A stretch of 64,000 bases of DNA from Candidatus Latescibacterota bacterium (GTDB taxonomy: Bacteria; Latescibacterota; UBA2968; GCA-2709665), in the NCBI GenBank assembly GCA_965219995.1, contig CBDCOX010000002.1, positions 3,456,001-3,520,000 on the forward strand, written 5' to 3'. The translations under genes were made by a program, and so were the position numbers. Below, one piece after another: positions 11,212-20,466 of the stretch. The notes beneath the pieces were generated by a model that was not told the DNA's origin, searched no databases, and saw only the letters and a list, made by a program, of their open reading frames with translations. Within the stretch, counting starts at the first letter, position 1. Each line of letters opens with the position of its first letter.

Positions 11212-12108
11212 TTACCTGATTCCGAACTCCAGCCGATGTGAACCGTCGAGCCCCAGTGAGGCCGGCACATAGGCATATTCCATTCGCCAACCGCCCGGCT
11301 GAATCCCGAATCCGAAGGACCAGTCGCGAATGTCATTCCCCGTTCGGTACCCGCCCCGCAGACACAACGCGCCCTTTACGCGCAGTTCCAGACCTGCATG
11401 CATACCCGCGGAGCCGTGTCTGGGTGCGCGCAGGTCGAGAGAGCCGGTTAGCCATTTCGCTCGCCAGGCGATCCCCGCTCGAAAGGTTCCCGGCAGAGGC
11501 GCCCTCTGCGCGTCCATCGCCTCCATCCGACCCAGATTCCGATAGCTGGCTCCCGCAGTCAGACCCTTATTCTCGAAGCGGTAGAGTAAGCCGAAATCCA
11601 CGCTGACTCCGGATGCCCGTTCGGGCCCTATGGATTCGTGCAAAGCGCGCAAGGTTGTGCCAGCGTAGAATCCTCCCTTGATCCGTCTTGCATACGAGAG
11701 CCCCGTGTTGATTTCGTAAATGCCGAACGTACCCTGTGGTTGCGCGGACGGACCGGTGCGCGCCTCGATTCCGCTAACGGAATAGATGCCCAGGCTCAGA
11801 GCCACGCCGGACCGGTTGTTGCCATATGCCCATCCGCCATAAATCTGCTGGATTTCCTGAAACGAACTGTGATGAGTGATCAGAAAATCCTTTCCCGTCA
11901 GCGCGCCGATGCCCGCCGGATTCCAGGACGCGGCCGTCTGATCGACCGCAACCGCGGTATACGCGCCGCCCATCGCCTCCGCGCGGGCGCCTACTCCCTC
12001 CCGAAGCAGTACGAATCCCGCGCCCTTTCCGGACGCCTCTGCCCCGCCCGCAGATCCCAGTGCCATTAAAATACCGAAGACCGATAAACCTTGTCTGAAA
12101 GACCTCAC
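11212..12108 (-). CDS. PorV/PorQ family outer-membrane beta-barrel
   Basis: Signal peptide, GARAEAMGGAYTA...WNPAG motif, alternating beta-strands, terminal HRLEFGIR. Confidence 0.8.
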   Translation of the reverse strand: MRSFRQGLSVFGILMALGSAGGAEASGKGAGFVLLREGVGARAEAMGGAYTAVAVDQTAASWNPAGIGALTGKDFLITHHSSFQEIQQIYGGWAYGNNRSGVALSLGIYSVSGIEARTGPSAQPQGTFGIYEINTGLSYARRIKGGFYAGTTLRALHESIGPERASGVSVDFGLLYRFENKGLTAGASYRNLGRMEAMDAQRAPLPGTFRAGIAWRAKWLTGSLDLRAPRHGSAGMHAGLELRVKGALCLRGGYRTGNDIRDWSFGFGIQPGGWRMEYAYVPASLGLDGSHRLEFGIR

Positions 12109-12227
12109 GACATACTCCTCGATCCAAGCGTCTCGTCCCCGAAATTCGTCACCGTGCAACAAACGATTGATCCGGTCTCGCTACGTCTATCGATCCACGT
12201 GTGCCGAGCGTTTCAAAACGTGGTCAT

Positions 12228-12363
12228 TGAGCTTGTCGAAATGCCCGTGTTTCGCACCCTGTTTGGATCCTTCTATGCCCCTCGCCGACCCTTCGACAAG
12301 CTCAGGGTGCGGCTCAGGTCGCAGGCGCTGGTTCTCGATCGTTGTCCTGAGCCAGTTGAAGGG
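12228..12363. repeat. REP-like palindromic element with three arms
   Basis: TGAGCTTGTCGAA (12228) and its perfect inverse TTCGACAAGCTCA (12292); degenerate third arm CCTGAGCCAGTTGAAGGG (12346). Confidence 0.75.
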
Positions 12364-12462
12364 CCAATCTGAGGATGCAAGCCGGGCGATTCGGCGACCG
12401 GATCTCGGCTATCTGTCTTCTGGACAGAACACTCGCGCCATGCGGAATCTCGATTCTTTCAA

Positions 12463-12491
12463 ACTTTAACCCATGCGGTCGAAAGAGTCAA
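12463..12491 (-). promoter_or_regulatory. Putative sigma70 promoter upstream of the PorV-like gene
   Basis: Minus strand TTGACT-N17-TAAAGT. Confidence 0.45.
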
Positions 12492-12520
12492 TATCCAATG
12501 GGGCCTTTTTCGCAAGCAGG

Positions 12521-13537
12521 CTAGCGCAAGGCCACGTCGTGCGCATTCTCATCTGCCGCTTTCTGAATTCTGAGCACCGTTCTGGCGGAACGAATCACCG
12601 ACTCCGTGTGCCGTTCCCCGGTTTCCGCGTCGCCCTTGATATCCTTTAAAAACGCCTCCAGGTATCCTCCGGACCGATCTTCCGGTACCGGTCGCGTTTC
12701 CACCCGTTCCGAATCCTTCCACGCTACCTGGATGGTATCCTGCGTCGTGCCGGCTTCGAGCACGCCGTCCCGTCCCCAAAACGTGTAACGCCAATAGAAC
12801 GGGAGGGAATATCCCGCTTTGTCCGGCATGAAGTACGAAACGTCTCCGAGCACGCCGCAACCGTTGTCCATCGTCAACATCATCTGCGCACCGTCGTGAA
12901 AATGCGGATACTCCGGCGCGAATGCATTCCAGCATCTGGCGGCGTTCGCTGTTTCGAATTCCAGGCCCGTAATCCACGGAAGGCAGTCGATTGCGTGAAT
13001 GGCGAGGTCGTTGATCGTGCCCCCGTGTTTGCCCTCCTCGAAATACCAGCCCGGGCGCCTGCCCAGCATCAGGGGGTGCTGCCCGCCGAATGAAATCGCG
13101 TGGACCTCGCCGATCGTTCCCTCCCGGATCAACTTCCTGGCGCCGATGGTCTGTCCGTGGTCCCGCATCGACAGCATGCAACCTACCTTCAATTCCGTCT
13201 CACCCGCGATTCGTTCGATTTCGTCGAGCTCATCGAGACAGGTGCACAGCGGTTTATCCACGATGACATGCTTCCCTTCGTTCAACGCTTGGATGGCCGC
13301 ACTGCCGCGCCGGGCGAAATACTCTCCGATGGCCACGACGTCGCAATCCACGTCGCGCAACATCCCCGATGGATCCGAATGCGTGATTCTTGCCCCGGCT
13401 ACCTCAGCCGCCGCACGGGCCGCCTCATCCGTTTCGCAGGCGGCCACCACCTCCACGTCATTGTGCGCGACCGCCTTTTTGTACAGATCGTGAATATGCG
13501 CATGACGAAATCCGACAAAAGCAAACCGAACCGACAT
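12521..13537 (-). CDS. Gfo/Idh/MocA family oxidoreductase
   Basis: Rossmann start, GKHVIVDKP and GGTINDLAIHAID motifs; GGAGG before ATG at 13537. Confidence 0.9.
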   Translation of the reverse strand: MSVRFAFVGFRHAHIHDLYKKAVAHNDVEVVAACETDEAARAAAEVAGARITHSDPSGMLRDVDCDVVAIGEYFARRGSAAIQALNEGKHVIVDKPLCTCLDELDEIERIAGETELKVGCMLSMRDHGQTIGARKLIREGTIGEVHAISFGGQHPLMLGRRPGWYFEEGKHGGTINDLAIHAIDCLPWITGLEFETANAARCWNAFAPEYPHFHDGAQMMLTMDNGCGVLGDVSYFMPDKAGYSLPFYWRYTFWGRDGVLEAGTTQDTIQVAWKDSERVETRPVPEDRSGGYLEAFLKDIKGDAETGERHTESVIRSARTVLRIQKAADENAHDVALR

Positions 13538-13746
13538 ATCGCCTCCCGGTCTAATCAATACAAGGTTAGTGTCAGTTTTCCCTTTCGCGTTCCAGGCTGT
13601 TACATTACTATTCGCAATAATATACCTTACAAGCGAATCCAAATCCTGAAAAAACGCCAGCCGAATGCCTGTTAGACCATCGCTGCCCGTGAACGGATCG
13701 GGCGCAGGCTTCTTCCGAACCCGCACCATCCGAAAGAGGTGCCGAC

Positions 13747-14586
13747 ATGCCGAATCTACTCAGCCAGCAGCAACTCGCCTTCTTCGACACGTTCGGATAT
13801 CTGCGCCTGCCGGGGCTGATGTCGGACGTTATAGACGACATTATCGACGCATTCGAGCATGTCTGGACTGACCACGGCGGCGGACATCATGGAAAGCCGC
13901 ACGACGGAGATCGGCGGTCGTGTATCGTACCGTTTATCGACCAGCACGAACGCCTCTGTGCACTGCTCGACGATCCCCGCATCAACGGTTTGCTCGTCGA
14001 CCTCCTGGGCTGCGACTACAACTACGTCGGCTCCGACGGCAACTACTACGCGGGTGATACCGTCTGGCATTCCGACGGCTGGGGCAAGACCGTCCGCTTT
14101 GTCAAGATCGCCTTCTACCTCGATCCCCTGACCCGGAACACCGGCTGTCTGCGGGTGGTCCCCGGGAGCCATATGCTGGACGATCGCTTTGCGAATGCCG
14201 TGCAGGATCAGATCCGGGAATCCGGAAGCAACTGGGGTGTCGAAGGCAGAGACCTCCTTCCCGGAATCGCGCTCGAATCCCAACCGGGAGATATCGCTGT
14301 CTTCAACCACAATCTCAAACACGCCGCCTTCGGCGGAAGCCCCCGGAGGCGCATGTTCACCATCAACTGTTCACAGCGCTTTCCCGAGAATCGAATCGAA
14401 GACTTCAAGAGTTACATCTCCGGCCATGCGCGATTCTGGATCGACCGGTTATACGGCGAGACGATGGTCGCAACCGCCGGCCCCGAACGCCGGACCCACC
14501 TGGAGCAGGGGTTGGCGCACGACGGCCACCTGGCCGGACTTGCCGCCAGGGCGCGCGCGGAAATGCCCGAACCTTCCCGGGGATGA
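13747..14586 (+). CDS. Phytanoyl-CoA dioxygenase (PhyH) family protein
   Basis: FDTFGYL, WHSD, GCLRVVPGSH, PGD...H and RR motifs. Confidence 0.9.
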   Translation: MPNLLSQQQLAFFDTFGYLRLPGLMSDVIDDIIDAFEHVWTDHGGGHHGKPHDGDRRSCIVPFIDQHERLCALLDDPRINGLLVDLLGCDYNYVGSDGNYYAGDTVWHSDGWGKTVRFVKIAFYLDPLTRNTGCLRVVPGSHMLDDRFANAVQDQIRESGSNWGVEGRDLLPGIALESQPGDIAVFNHNLKHAAFGGSPRRRMFTINCSQRFPENRIEDFKSYISGHARFWIDRLYGETMVATAGPERRTHLEQGLAHDGHLAGLAARARAEMPEPSRG

Positions 14587-14629
14587 ACAGCGCGGGCTCC
14601 GATGAAGAGACGTCCGTATATTCATTACA

Positions 14630-15892
14630 CTATTCAATGTATCCCAGGTTTCTCAATCTTGCGGCCAGAAGGTCCGCCTCGGCCTGTGTGGTTTCCTGTG
14701 TCCGAAGGTGTTTGTAATTCGACCCGTCCAGGATCTCTTTCCGCGCCGCCCTGTACGGGCCGGGATCTTCGCACCGCAGGTTTGCACCGCTGAACACGTC
14801 CCGCAACACGTGATCCTCGCCGACCTCTCCCTCTCTGTAGAATACCCGTCCGTCCGAAACCGACCACATGCATAAACCATCGACGTCCCTCTTCAGTTCC
14901 ACGCCGTCCATCGCCACGCGCGAAGTCACCCGTTCGCGGGCGGCCTCCAGGTTTCCCGGATTCAGGAATCCCGAGCCGTAGGAATTGTCGAGTTCCGAGT
15001 ACACCCAGCGGCGCCCAAAGGGTTCCGCACTCCCCAGAAAATCGAGACCATATCCTTTATAGTCTACCTCGAGTCCGGCCAGGTTGACGATCGTGGGGAA
15101 CAGATCGATCATCGACACGGGCCCCTCAGGCAACCTCAACCCGTTATCCGCCGGAACGGATGCCAGCAGCGGCACGTGGACGACATTCTCGTGTAGAAAG
15201 TCACCATGCGCCATCACCTCGTCGCAGAAGCCCTCGCCATGGTCTCCAAAGATGAATACCGCCCAATCGTCCAGGTCCACTCGCTTGAGGACCTCCACGA
15301 GCAGGAATTCCTGCACGTGCGTCGCCGCCGCGTAATAGAACCGCAGCGCCTCTTCCGCCCTTCCCGCATCCACAAGTGCCTTCAGGTTCGGCGCACCTCG
15401 AATCCCCCTCGCCCCGTACCCGCCGTGGGTATACCAGAAATGCAAGAAACAGAACCGGGGCCGGTCCTCTCCTTCGAACGCCGAATGTAACAGGTCTTCC
15501 ATGGATCCCAGATGCTGATCCTTCGCGGCGGGATCCATGGGACCGATAAACCGCTCGTAGTCCAGAAACCGGAACACGTCCATGCGCTCCGACCGGCCGT
15601 GGATTTCGAACCCCGCATCGGAGAACAACTGAAACAGATTGGGGATCCCGGCGAACATCTTCAGATACGTCTGCCCGTACAGTCCGTGCTCAAATGCATA
15701 TAACCCCGTGAACAGGGACGTGTGAGACGGGCGCGTCGCCGGGGCCGTCACGAAAAACCGCTCGCCGAAAGCGAAGTCCCTGGTCAGCACGTCGAACTTT
15801 GGCGTGTTCAGCCGGCGATTGACGCGGCTCACGGCGTCGTACCGCAGGCAGTCGACGGATATCAGCAGGAATTTTTCGACCTGACGGCCCAT
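14630..15892 (-). CDS. Sulfatase-like hydrolase/transferase
   Basis: ISVDCLRYD, TRPSHTSLFTG, GDHGE, HVPL and C-terminal LRNLGYI motifs. Confidence 0.85.
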   Translation of the reverse strand: MGRQVEKFLLISVDCLRYDAVSRVNRRLNTPKFDVLTRDFAFGERFFVTAPATRPSHTSLFTGLYAFEHGLYGQTYLKMFAGIPNLFQLFSDAGFEIHGRSERMDVFRFLDYERFIGPMDPAAKDQHLGSMEDLLHSAFEGEDRPRFCFLHFWYTHGGYGARGIRGAPNLKALVDAGRAEEALRFYYAAATHVQEFLLVEVLKRVDLDDWAVFIFGDHGEGFCDEVMAHGDFLHENVVHVPLLASVPADNGLRLPEGPVSMIDLFPTIVNLAGLEVDYKGYGLDFLGSAEPFGRRWVYSELDNSYGSGFLNPGNLEAARERVTSRVAMDGVELKRDVDGLCMWSVSDGRVFYREGEVGEDHVLRDVFSGANLRCEDPGPYRAARKEILDGSNYKHLRTQETTQAEADLLAARLRNLGYIE

Positions 15893-15911
15893 AGCCTCTC
15901 TGTTAAATGCC

Positions 15912-15944
15912 TGAACTTACATGGATGGACAGGATCAACTGGAT
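15912..15944. repeat. Dispersed ACATGGATGGACAGGAT element, copy 1
   Basis: 24 bp identical to 31034-31057. Confidence 0.8.
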
Positions 15945-16025
15945 AGAAACCAGAACGCCTGAAGACTCCAATTAAGTCCAGAATTCGTCGTTTGGCAAGT
16001 ACATCGATCCCGATTTATTCAAACG

Positions 16026-16053
16026 TTGACAACCCGCAAATCCCGTTTATCAT
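16026..16053 (+). promoter_or_regulatory. Putative sigma70 promoter of the catabolic operon
   Basis: TTGACA-N16-TATCAT about 30 bp before ATG at 16083. Confidence 0.5.
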
Positions 16054-16082
16054 GTCGGGGGACCTTTGCATTGGAAACCATT

Positions 16083-17162
16083 ATGGAACCAACCGGGTGC
16101 GGGTTCGAACTGCGCGGCACGCTCGAATGCGGCTGGAATATCTTCAAACGCAGGGGATATTCAAATCATCCGCGGGACATATCGGTCAACCACGCCTATA
16201 TCGACCACCTTGCCGAGTCCGGCCTGAACTGCCTGGTTGTGTTCTGGACCAATGCCAGAGGTTTCAACGACGCGTGGCATGATGCGGTAGAACATGCGCA
16301 TGCTGTCGGACTGAAACTCATCCGCGCCATCTACGGATTCAGCGGCGGCGGTTCCGAATACACCATGGCGGAACCGGACGCGCCTGCGCACCTGCTGCGG
16401 CCCGGCGTGAAGGGGCCAGATATCGCCCTCTGTCCGCACGACGCTGAAACACGCGCCTGGATGGGTGATATTATGGCCGATCGACTCGCGCCCGGAGTGG
16501 ACGGCATCGACATCGAGCCCGCGCGTGAAATCGGCCGAAACTGCGTATGCGAACGCTGCCGGGCCCTGCGCCCCTTTCAGTGGGACGCCTTTGTTATCGG
16601 TATTATCGCGGAACGCCTGTACGCCATCAGGCCGGATCCCGAAATCCTTCTACACCTCAGCATGGCGCCCGATAAAGCCGGAAAACAGCAGATGTCGATG
16701 GACCTCCAAGGTCTGCCCGAATCCATCCGCCACATCTTCGCCTGGGGCGCGGACGACGAAGCAAGCCTGGTCGACTGGCTTGACGCGGATTCCAGATTCG
16801 AACACTTCGCCAAACTCGGCCGCGTCCTGCTCTTCCCCGACGGGACGCCGGCGGTCCTCTCCGTCCAGGAGCGCGTCGCACGCACCTTTCGGTGGTGCAA
16901 GCTGGCCGCGGACCGGAAAAAGACCGGATATCTCTTCGACTACCGCATTTTCGGGGGAAGAGAGTGGCAGAGGCACGAAAACGACGTCCCCCGAACCCGA
17001 ACCGGCCGCAAACGGCCCGCATCGGTCGCACTGATGGGTGCGGCTATGAAGAATCCGTATCTGGACGATGCCGGCCGCCTTGAACTCATCGCCCGCCTGA
17101 AGTCCGAGTGCGACTGGGACCTGGATAATCCCGTTCGATTCTACCATTCACCGTCGGAATGA
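16083..17162 (+). CDS. Hypothetical protein, possible TIM-barrel glycoside hydrolase-like fold
   Basis: LCP...GVDGIDIE...CVCERC pattern; first gene of the operon. Confidence 0.55.
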   Translation: MEPTGCGFELRGTLECGWNIFKRRGYSNHPRDISVNHAYIDHLAESGLNCLVVFWTNARGFNDAWHDAVEHAHAVGLKLIRAIYGFSGGGSEYTMAEPDAPAHLLRPGVKGPDIALCPHDAETRAWMGDIMADRLAPGVDGIDIEPAREIGRNCVCERCRALRPFQWDAFVIGIIAERLYAIRPDPEILLHLSMAPDKAGKQQMSMDLQGLPESIRHIFAWGADDEASLVDWLDADSRFEHFAKLGRVLLFPDGTPAVLSVQERVARTFRWCKLAADRKKTGYLFDYRIFGGREWQRHENDVPRTRTGRKRPASVALMGAAMKNPYLDDAGRLELIARLKSECDWDLDNPVRFYHSPSE

Positions 17163-17180
17163 AGCCTCCCTTATATTTTA

Positions 17181-19148
17181 ATGCCCCCAACCTCCGATCC
17201 TCTCATCGCCTCCCGGACTGACTCGGCGCCATCTCCCGCCCCCCGCGGCGTCACGCTCCGATCCATCCTGGTGGCCATGCTCGTCTCCGTCGCCGCGTGC
17301 GTCTGGGTCAACTACATCGAGTACGTCATCCACGCCTCCCGCATGACCCTCAGCCACTTTCCAATGGGTTCGCTGATGGTCTACCTGGCGCTCGCCCTGG
17401 TTCTCAATCCGCTGTGCAAAAAACTCGCCGCGAGTTATGCGCTCTCGCCCACGGAACTCAAGGTTATCCTGGCCGGCGGTCTGGTTGGCGGCGCCATCCC
17501 TTCGGTCGGACTGACGGGCTATTTTCTGGGCGCAATCGCCGCGCCGTACTATTTCGCAACACCGGAGAACCAGTGGGGCGAGTTCTTCCACCCCTACATT
17601 CCCCAATGGCTGGCGCCGCGCAATGTCAATCACGCGCTGGACCACCTGTTTGAAGGCGGTCCGCCCGGCATGGACATTCCCTGGGAGGTCTGGTACATCC
17701 CCCTGGCCGCGTGGATGGCGTTGATCACGGCCCTCTTCGTGGCCTCGACAAGCCTGTCGGTCATTCTTCGGAAACAATGGGTGGAAAGCGAACGGCTGAG
17801 TTACCCGATCCTGCGTCCGGTTCTGGATCTCACCGACCCGGTGAAGCCCGGTTTTTCAAGGCGTTTCTGGATCGGTTTCGCCGTTGCCCTGGGAATTATC
17901 AGCTGGAACATGATCCACTACTTTGTACCCGGATTTCCGCAGATTCCCAATATCCGCTGGGGTCCCTGGGTGCATTTTGAACGGTACTTCCCCGGTATCT
18001 GGACCCGCATCAATATGTTCACCATCTCCTTCGCCTACTTCGCCAACATCGACGTTCTCTTCAGCCTGTGGTTCTTCTGTGTCCTCTTCATCCTGCGCAG
18101 CGGCGTCCTCAACCGATACGGCTATAACGCCAGCAGCACCTATACGACAACGGGCGAGTTTGCCTGGCTTCAACTCGGCGGATTCGTCACGCTGGTCGGC
18201 TGGGGATTGTGGATCGCGCGACACCACCTGAGATCGGTGATGAGGATCGCCATCGGCCGACGCGCGCCACTGGACAATGCTGACGAAATGATGAGATATC
18301 GAACGGCCGTCCTTGGTTTCATCCTGAGCACCCTTTTCGCCATATTCTGGTTCTGGCGCGCCGGCATGGGGTTCGGCGTTGCCTGCCTGTCCGTTATGGC
18401 GACTCTGATCATCTTTCTTGGCGTATCCCGAATCGTGGCCGAAGTCGGCCTGGTATTTGTCTGCACGCCGATTGGCCAGCAGGAAATCGTCACCCGGCTG
18501 ATCGGGCCGAGGAATCTCTCCGGCCCCAGCCTTACCGTGCTCGCCTTTTCGAATGCTCTCACCTCGTTCGGGAAGGGCCTGTTCATGCCCTCCGTTGTCC
18601 ACGCCACGAAAATCGCCGACCTGTGTCCTCGCGAAGACCGCCCCCGGGTCCTGACCGCGATCTTTCTTGCGTTCGCCGCGGGCGTGGCTGCGTCCATCGC
18701 CTATACCCTCTACCTGGGATACACGCATGGGGCATACAACTTCAACGACTTTCCGTTCACCAGGTACAGCCGGAGCGGCTTCGCGAATGCGCTTTCGAAA
18801 ATGAAGGATCCGGCGGTCGAGACCAATATCCGCCCCATCCTCCTGGGCATTGGCGCAACCGTAATGTCGGTCCTTACGTTTATGAAATACCGCTTTCCCT
18901 GGTGGCCGCTTCACCCGGTCGGTTTTGCCATTGCCGGCATCTCATACGTCCACTTTTCCACGTTTTCGGTGTTCATCGCGTGGTGCATCAAATTCATCAT
19001 CCTGCGTATCGGCGGCGCCGCCCTGTACCGGCGCTATATCCCGTTTTTTCTCGGCGTACTGACGGGTTATACCGCCGGCGTCGGGATTTCTCTGTTCGTG
19101 GACATTATCTGGTTCCCCGGCGCGGGCCATTCAATTCATGGGTATTAA
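17181..19148 (+). CDS. DUF6785/DUF6784-type multi-TM putative transporter
   Basis: Many TM helices; RGVTLRS, YYFATPENQW, RKQWVESERLSYP and PWWPLHPVGF motifs. Confidence 0.8.
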   Translation: MPPTSDPLIASRTDSAPSPAPRGVTLRSILVAMLVSVAACVWVNYIEYVIHASRMTLSHFPMGSLMVYLALALVLNPLCKKLAASYALSPTELKVILAGGLVGGAIPSVGLTGYFLGAIAAPYYFATPENQWGEFFHPYIPQWLAPRNVNHALDHLFEGGPPGMDIPWEVWYIPLAAWMALITALFVASTSLSVILRKQWVESERLSYPILRPVLDLTDPVKPGFSRRFWIGFAVALGIISWNMIHYFVPGFPQIPNIRWGPWVHFERYFPGIWTRINMFTISFAYFANIDVLFSLWFFCVLFILRSGVLNRYGYNASSTYTTTGEFAWLQLGGFVTLVGWGLWIARHHLRSVMRIAIGRRAPLDNADEMMRYRTAVLGFILSTLFAIFWFWRAGMGFGVACLSVMATLIIFLGVSRIVAEVGLVFVCTPIGQQEIVTRLIGPRNLSGPSLTVLAFSNALTSFGKGLFMPSVVHATKIADLCPREDRPRVLTAIFLAFAAGVAASIAYTLYLGYTHGAYNFNDFPFTRYSRSGFANALSKMKDPAVETNIRPILLGIGATVMSVLTFMKYRFPWWPLHPVGFAIAGISYVHFSTFSVFIAWCIKFIILRIGGAALYRRYIPFFLGVLTGYTAGVGISLFVDIIWFPGAGHSIHGY

Positions 19149-20418
19149 GGTGACGAGCCGAAATTCGGGAGAACCCATTTTGGTTGACATCCATCAGACC
19201 TTCAACTGGCACGATATCCACGGGAACCAGGACTACGTCTTCGGCGAAGACGGCTACCTGAAAATGGACGCATCCAGGACGCCGGTCCAATGTTCCCGTC
19301 AACTCAAAGAGAAGATCACCAACGGGTCCGGCTCGCTTGAACTGGTCATGAGAGTCGTGCTGGACGAGCCGGAATACCACACCCTTTACACGCTTCGCCT
19401 TTACGACAGTGCGGACCGCCCGGCCATCGTCTGTCACATCGGGAGGGACGGCCGGCTGCTGTTCCAGGGCAGGAACGAACTGATGGATTCCGGCCGGGTC
19501 CTCACGTTCCAGGGCAACTGTCCTTTCAACGATCGCACGAAGCGCAAATGGTACATCGTCGAATCCAACGAACACACCTACACCTTCGAAGCGTTCGACT
19601 TTGCAAACCAGACCGCTGTCTTTCTTCTGGACGGCGAACGGCCCGTGACCGTACCCTTCCGCAACCCCGTACGGGATATTGCAAAACTGGAACTTCAGAC
19701 CGGCGGCGTCGGCATCGGCCGGTATGTCCGTGTGAAACATCTCAAACAGTTCGTTGCGGGCGGACTGATCGAACGGGAAGATCACCCGCTCTACTGGAAA
19801 CCGGTCCCGCCGCCCCGGGACGGCGAACCGGACGACAACGTTTGCGAAAGCAGGCTCAGACCGGTTGGAAACCGATGGCTTGAAGTCATCACCCGGTACG
19901 GATTCGTAACGACGACCTTTCCGGTGATCCCGAAGGGAACGCTGGAATTCGACGTCAAATCCCCGGACGTATCCGCCGAAGCCTGCATCCTGCTGGGCGA
20001 AAACGACGGCTCCATCAAGTGTTTCAGAAAGATTCAGACGGGCATCCTGACAAACCGCATGACCATTGCCACCGGCCATCCCGAGCCGGGTTTCAATACG
20101 TTCGACAACTCCGTCGCTCCCGAAAACGACCGGACGTACCGGTTCAAGATCGCATGGGATGCGGAATCCAACAGGCAGCGGATCTGGATCGACGACGTTC
20201 CACAGATATACCTCGGCGAAACGGAGATCGAAATCCACGGTTTATGGGGCAGGGACAACCGGATGACGCGGGGAATCGACACCATTTCCCTGCATCCCGG
20301 CCTGCTCGGGACGGCGCGTCTCACGTCCATCCAGAAAGCCCAGGGCCGGACGCTCGAAAGCCCGCCGGAGCCCCTTCGCACCTGGTGGGGCAATTTCAGG
20401 CTGCGAGCTCTGGTATAA
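19138..20418 (+). CDS. Hypothetical beta-rich protein (possible tandem ConA/LamG-like domains)
   Basis: Overlaps the upstream stop; two beta-rich halves (GSGSLEL / KGTLEF). Confidence 0.55.
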   Translation: MGIKVTSRNSGEPILVDIHQTFNWHDIHGNQDYVFGEDGYLKMDASRTPVQCSRQLKEKITNGSGSLELVMRVVLDEPEYHTLYTLRLYDSADRPAIVCHIGRDGRLLFQGRNELMDSGRVLTFQGNCPFNDRTKRKWYIVESNEHTYTFEAFDFANQTAVFLLDGERPVTVPFRNPVRDIAKLELQTGGVGIGRYVRVKHLKQFVAGGLIEREDHPLYWKPVPPPRDGEPDDNVCESRLRPVGNRWLEVITRYGFVTTTFPVIPKGTLEFDVKSPDVSAEACILLGENDGSIKCFRKIQTGILTNRMTIATGHPEPGFNTFDNSVAPENDRTYRFKIAWDAESNRQRIWIDDVPQIYLGETEIEIHGLWGRDNRMTRGIDTISLHPGLLGTARLTSIQKAQGRTLESPPEPLRTWWGNFRLRALV

Positions 20419-20466
20419 CCATTGTCAGTCGAAGCAAGCCGACGCGCCGTATCGCGAAGGGTTGAT

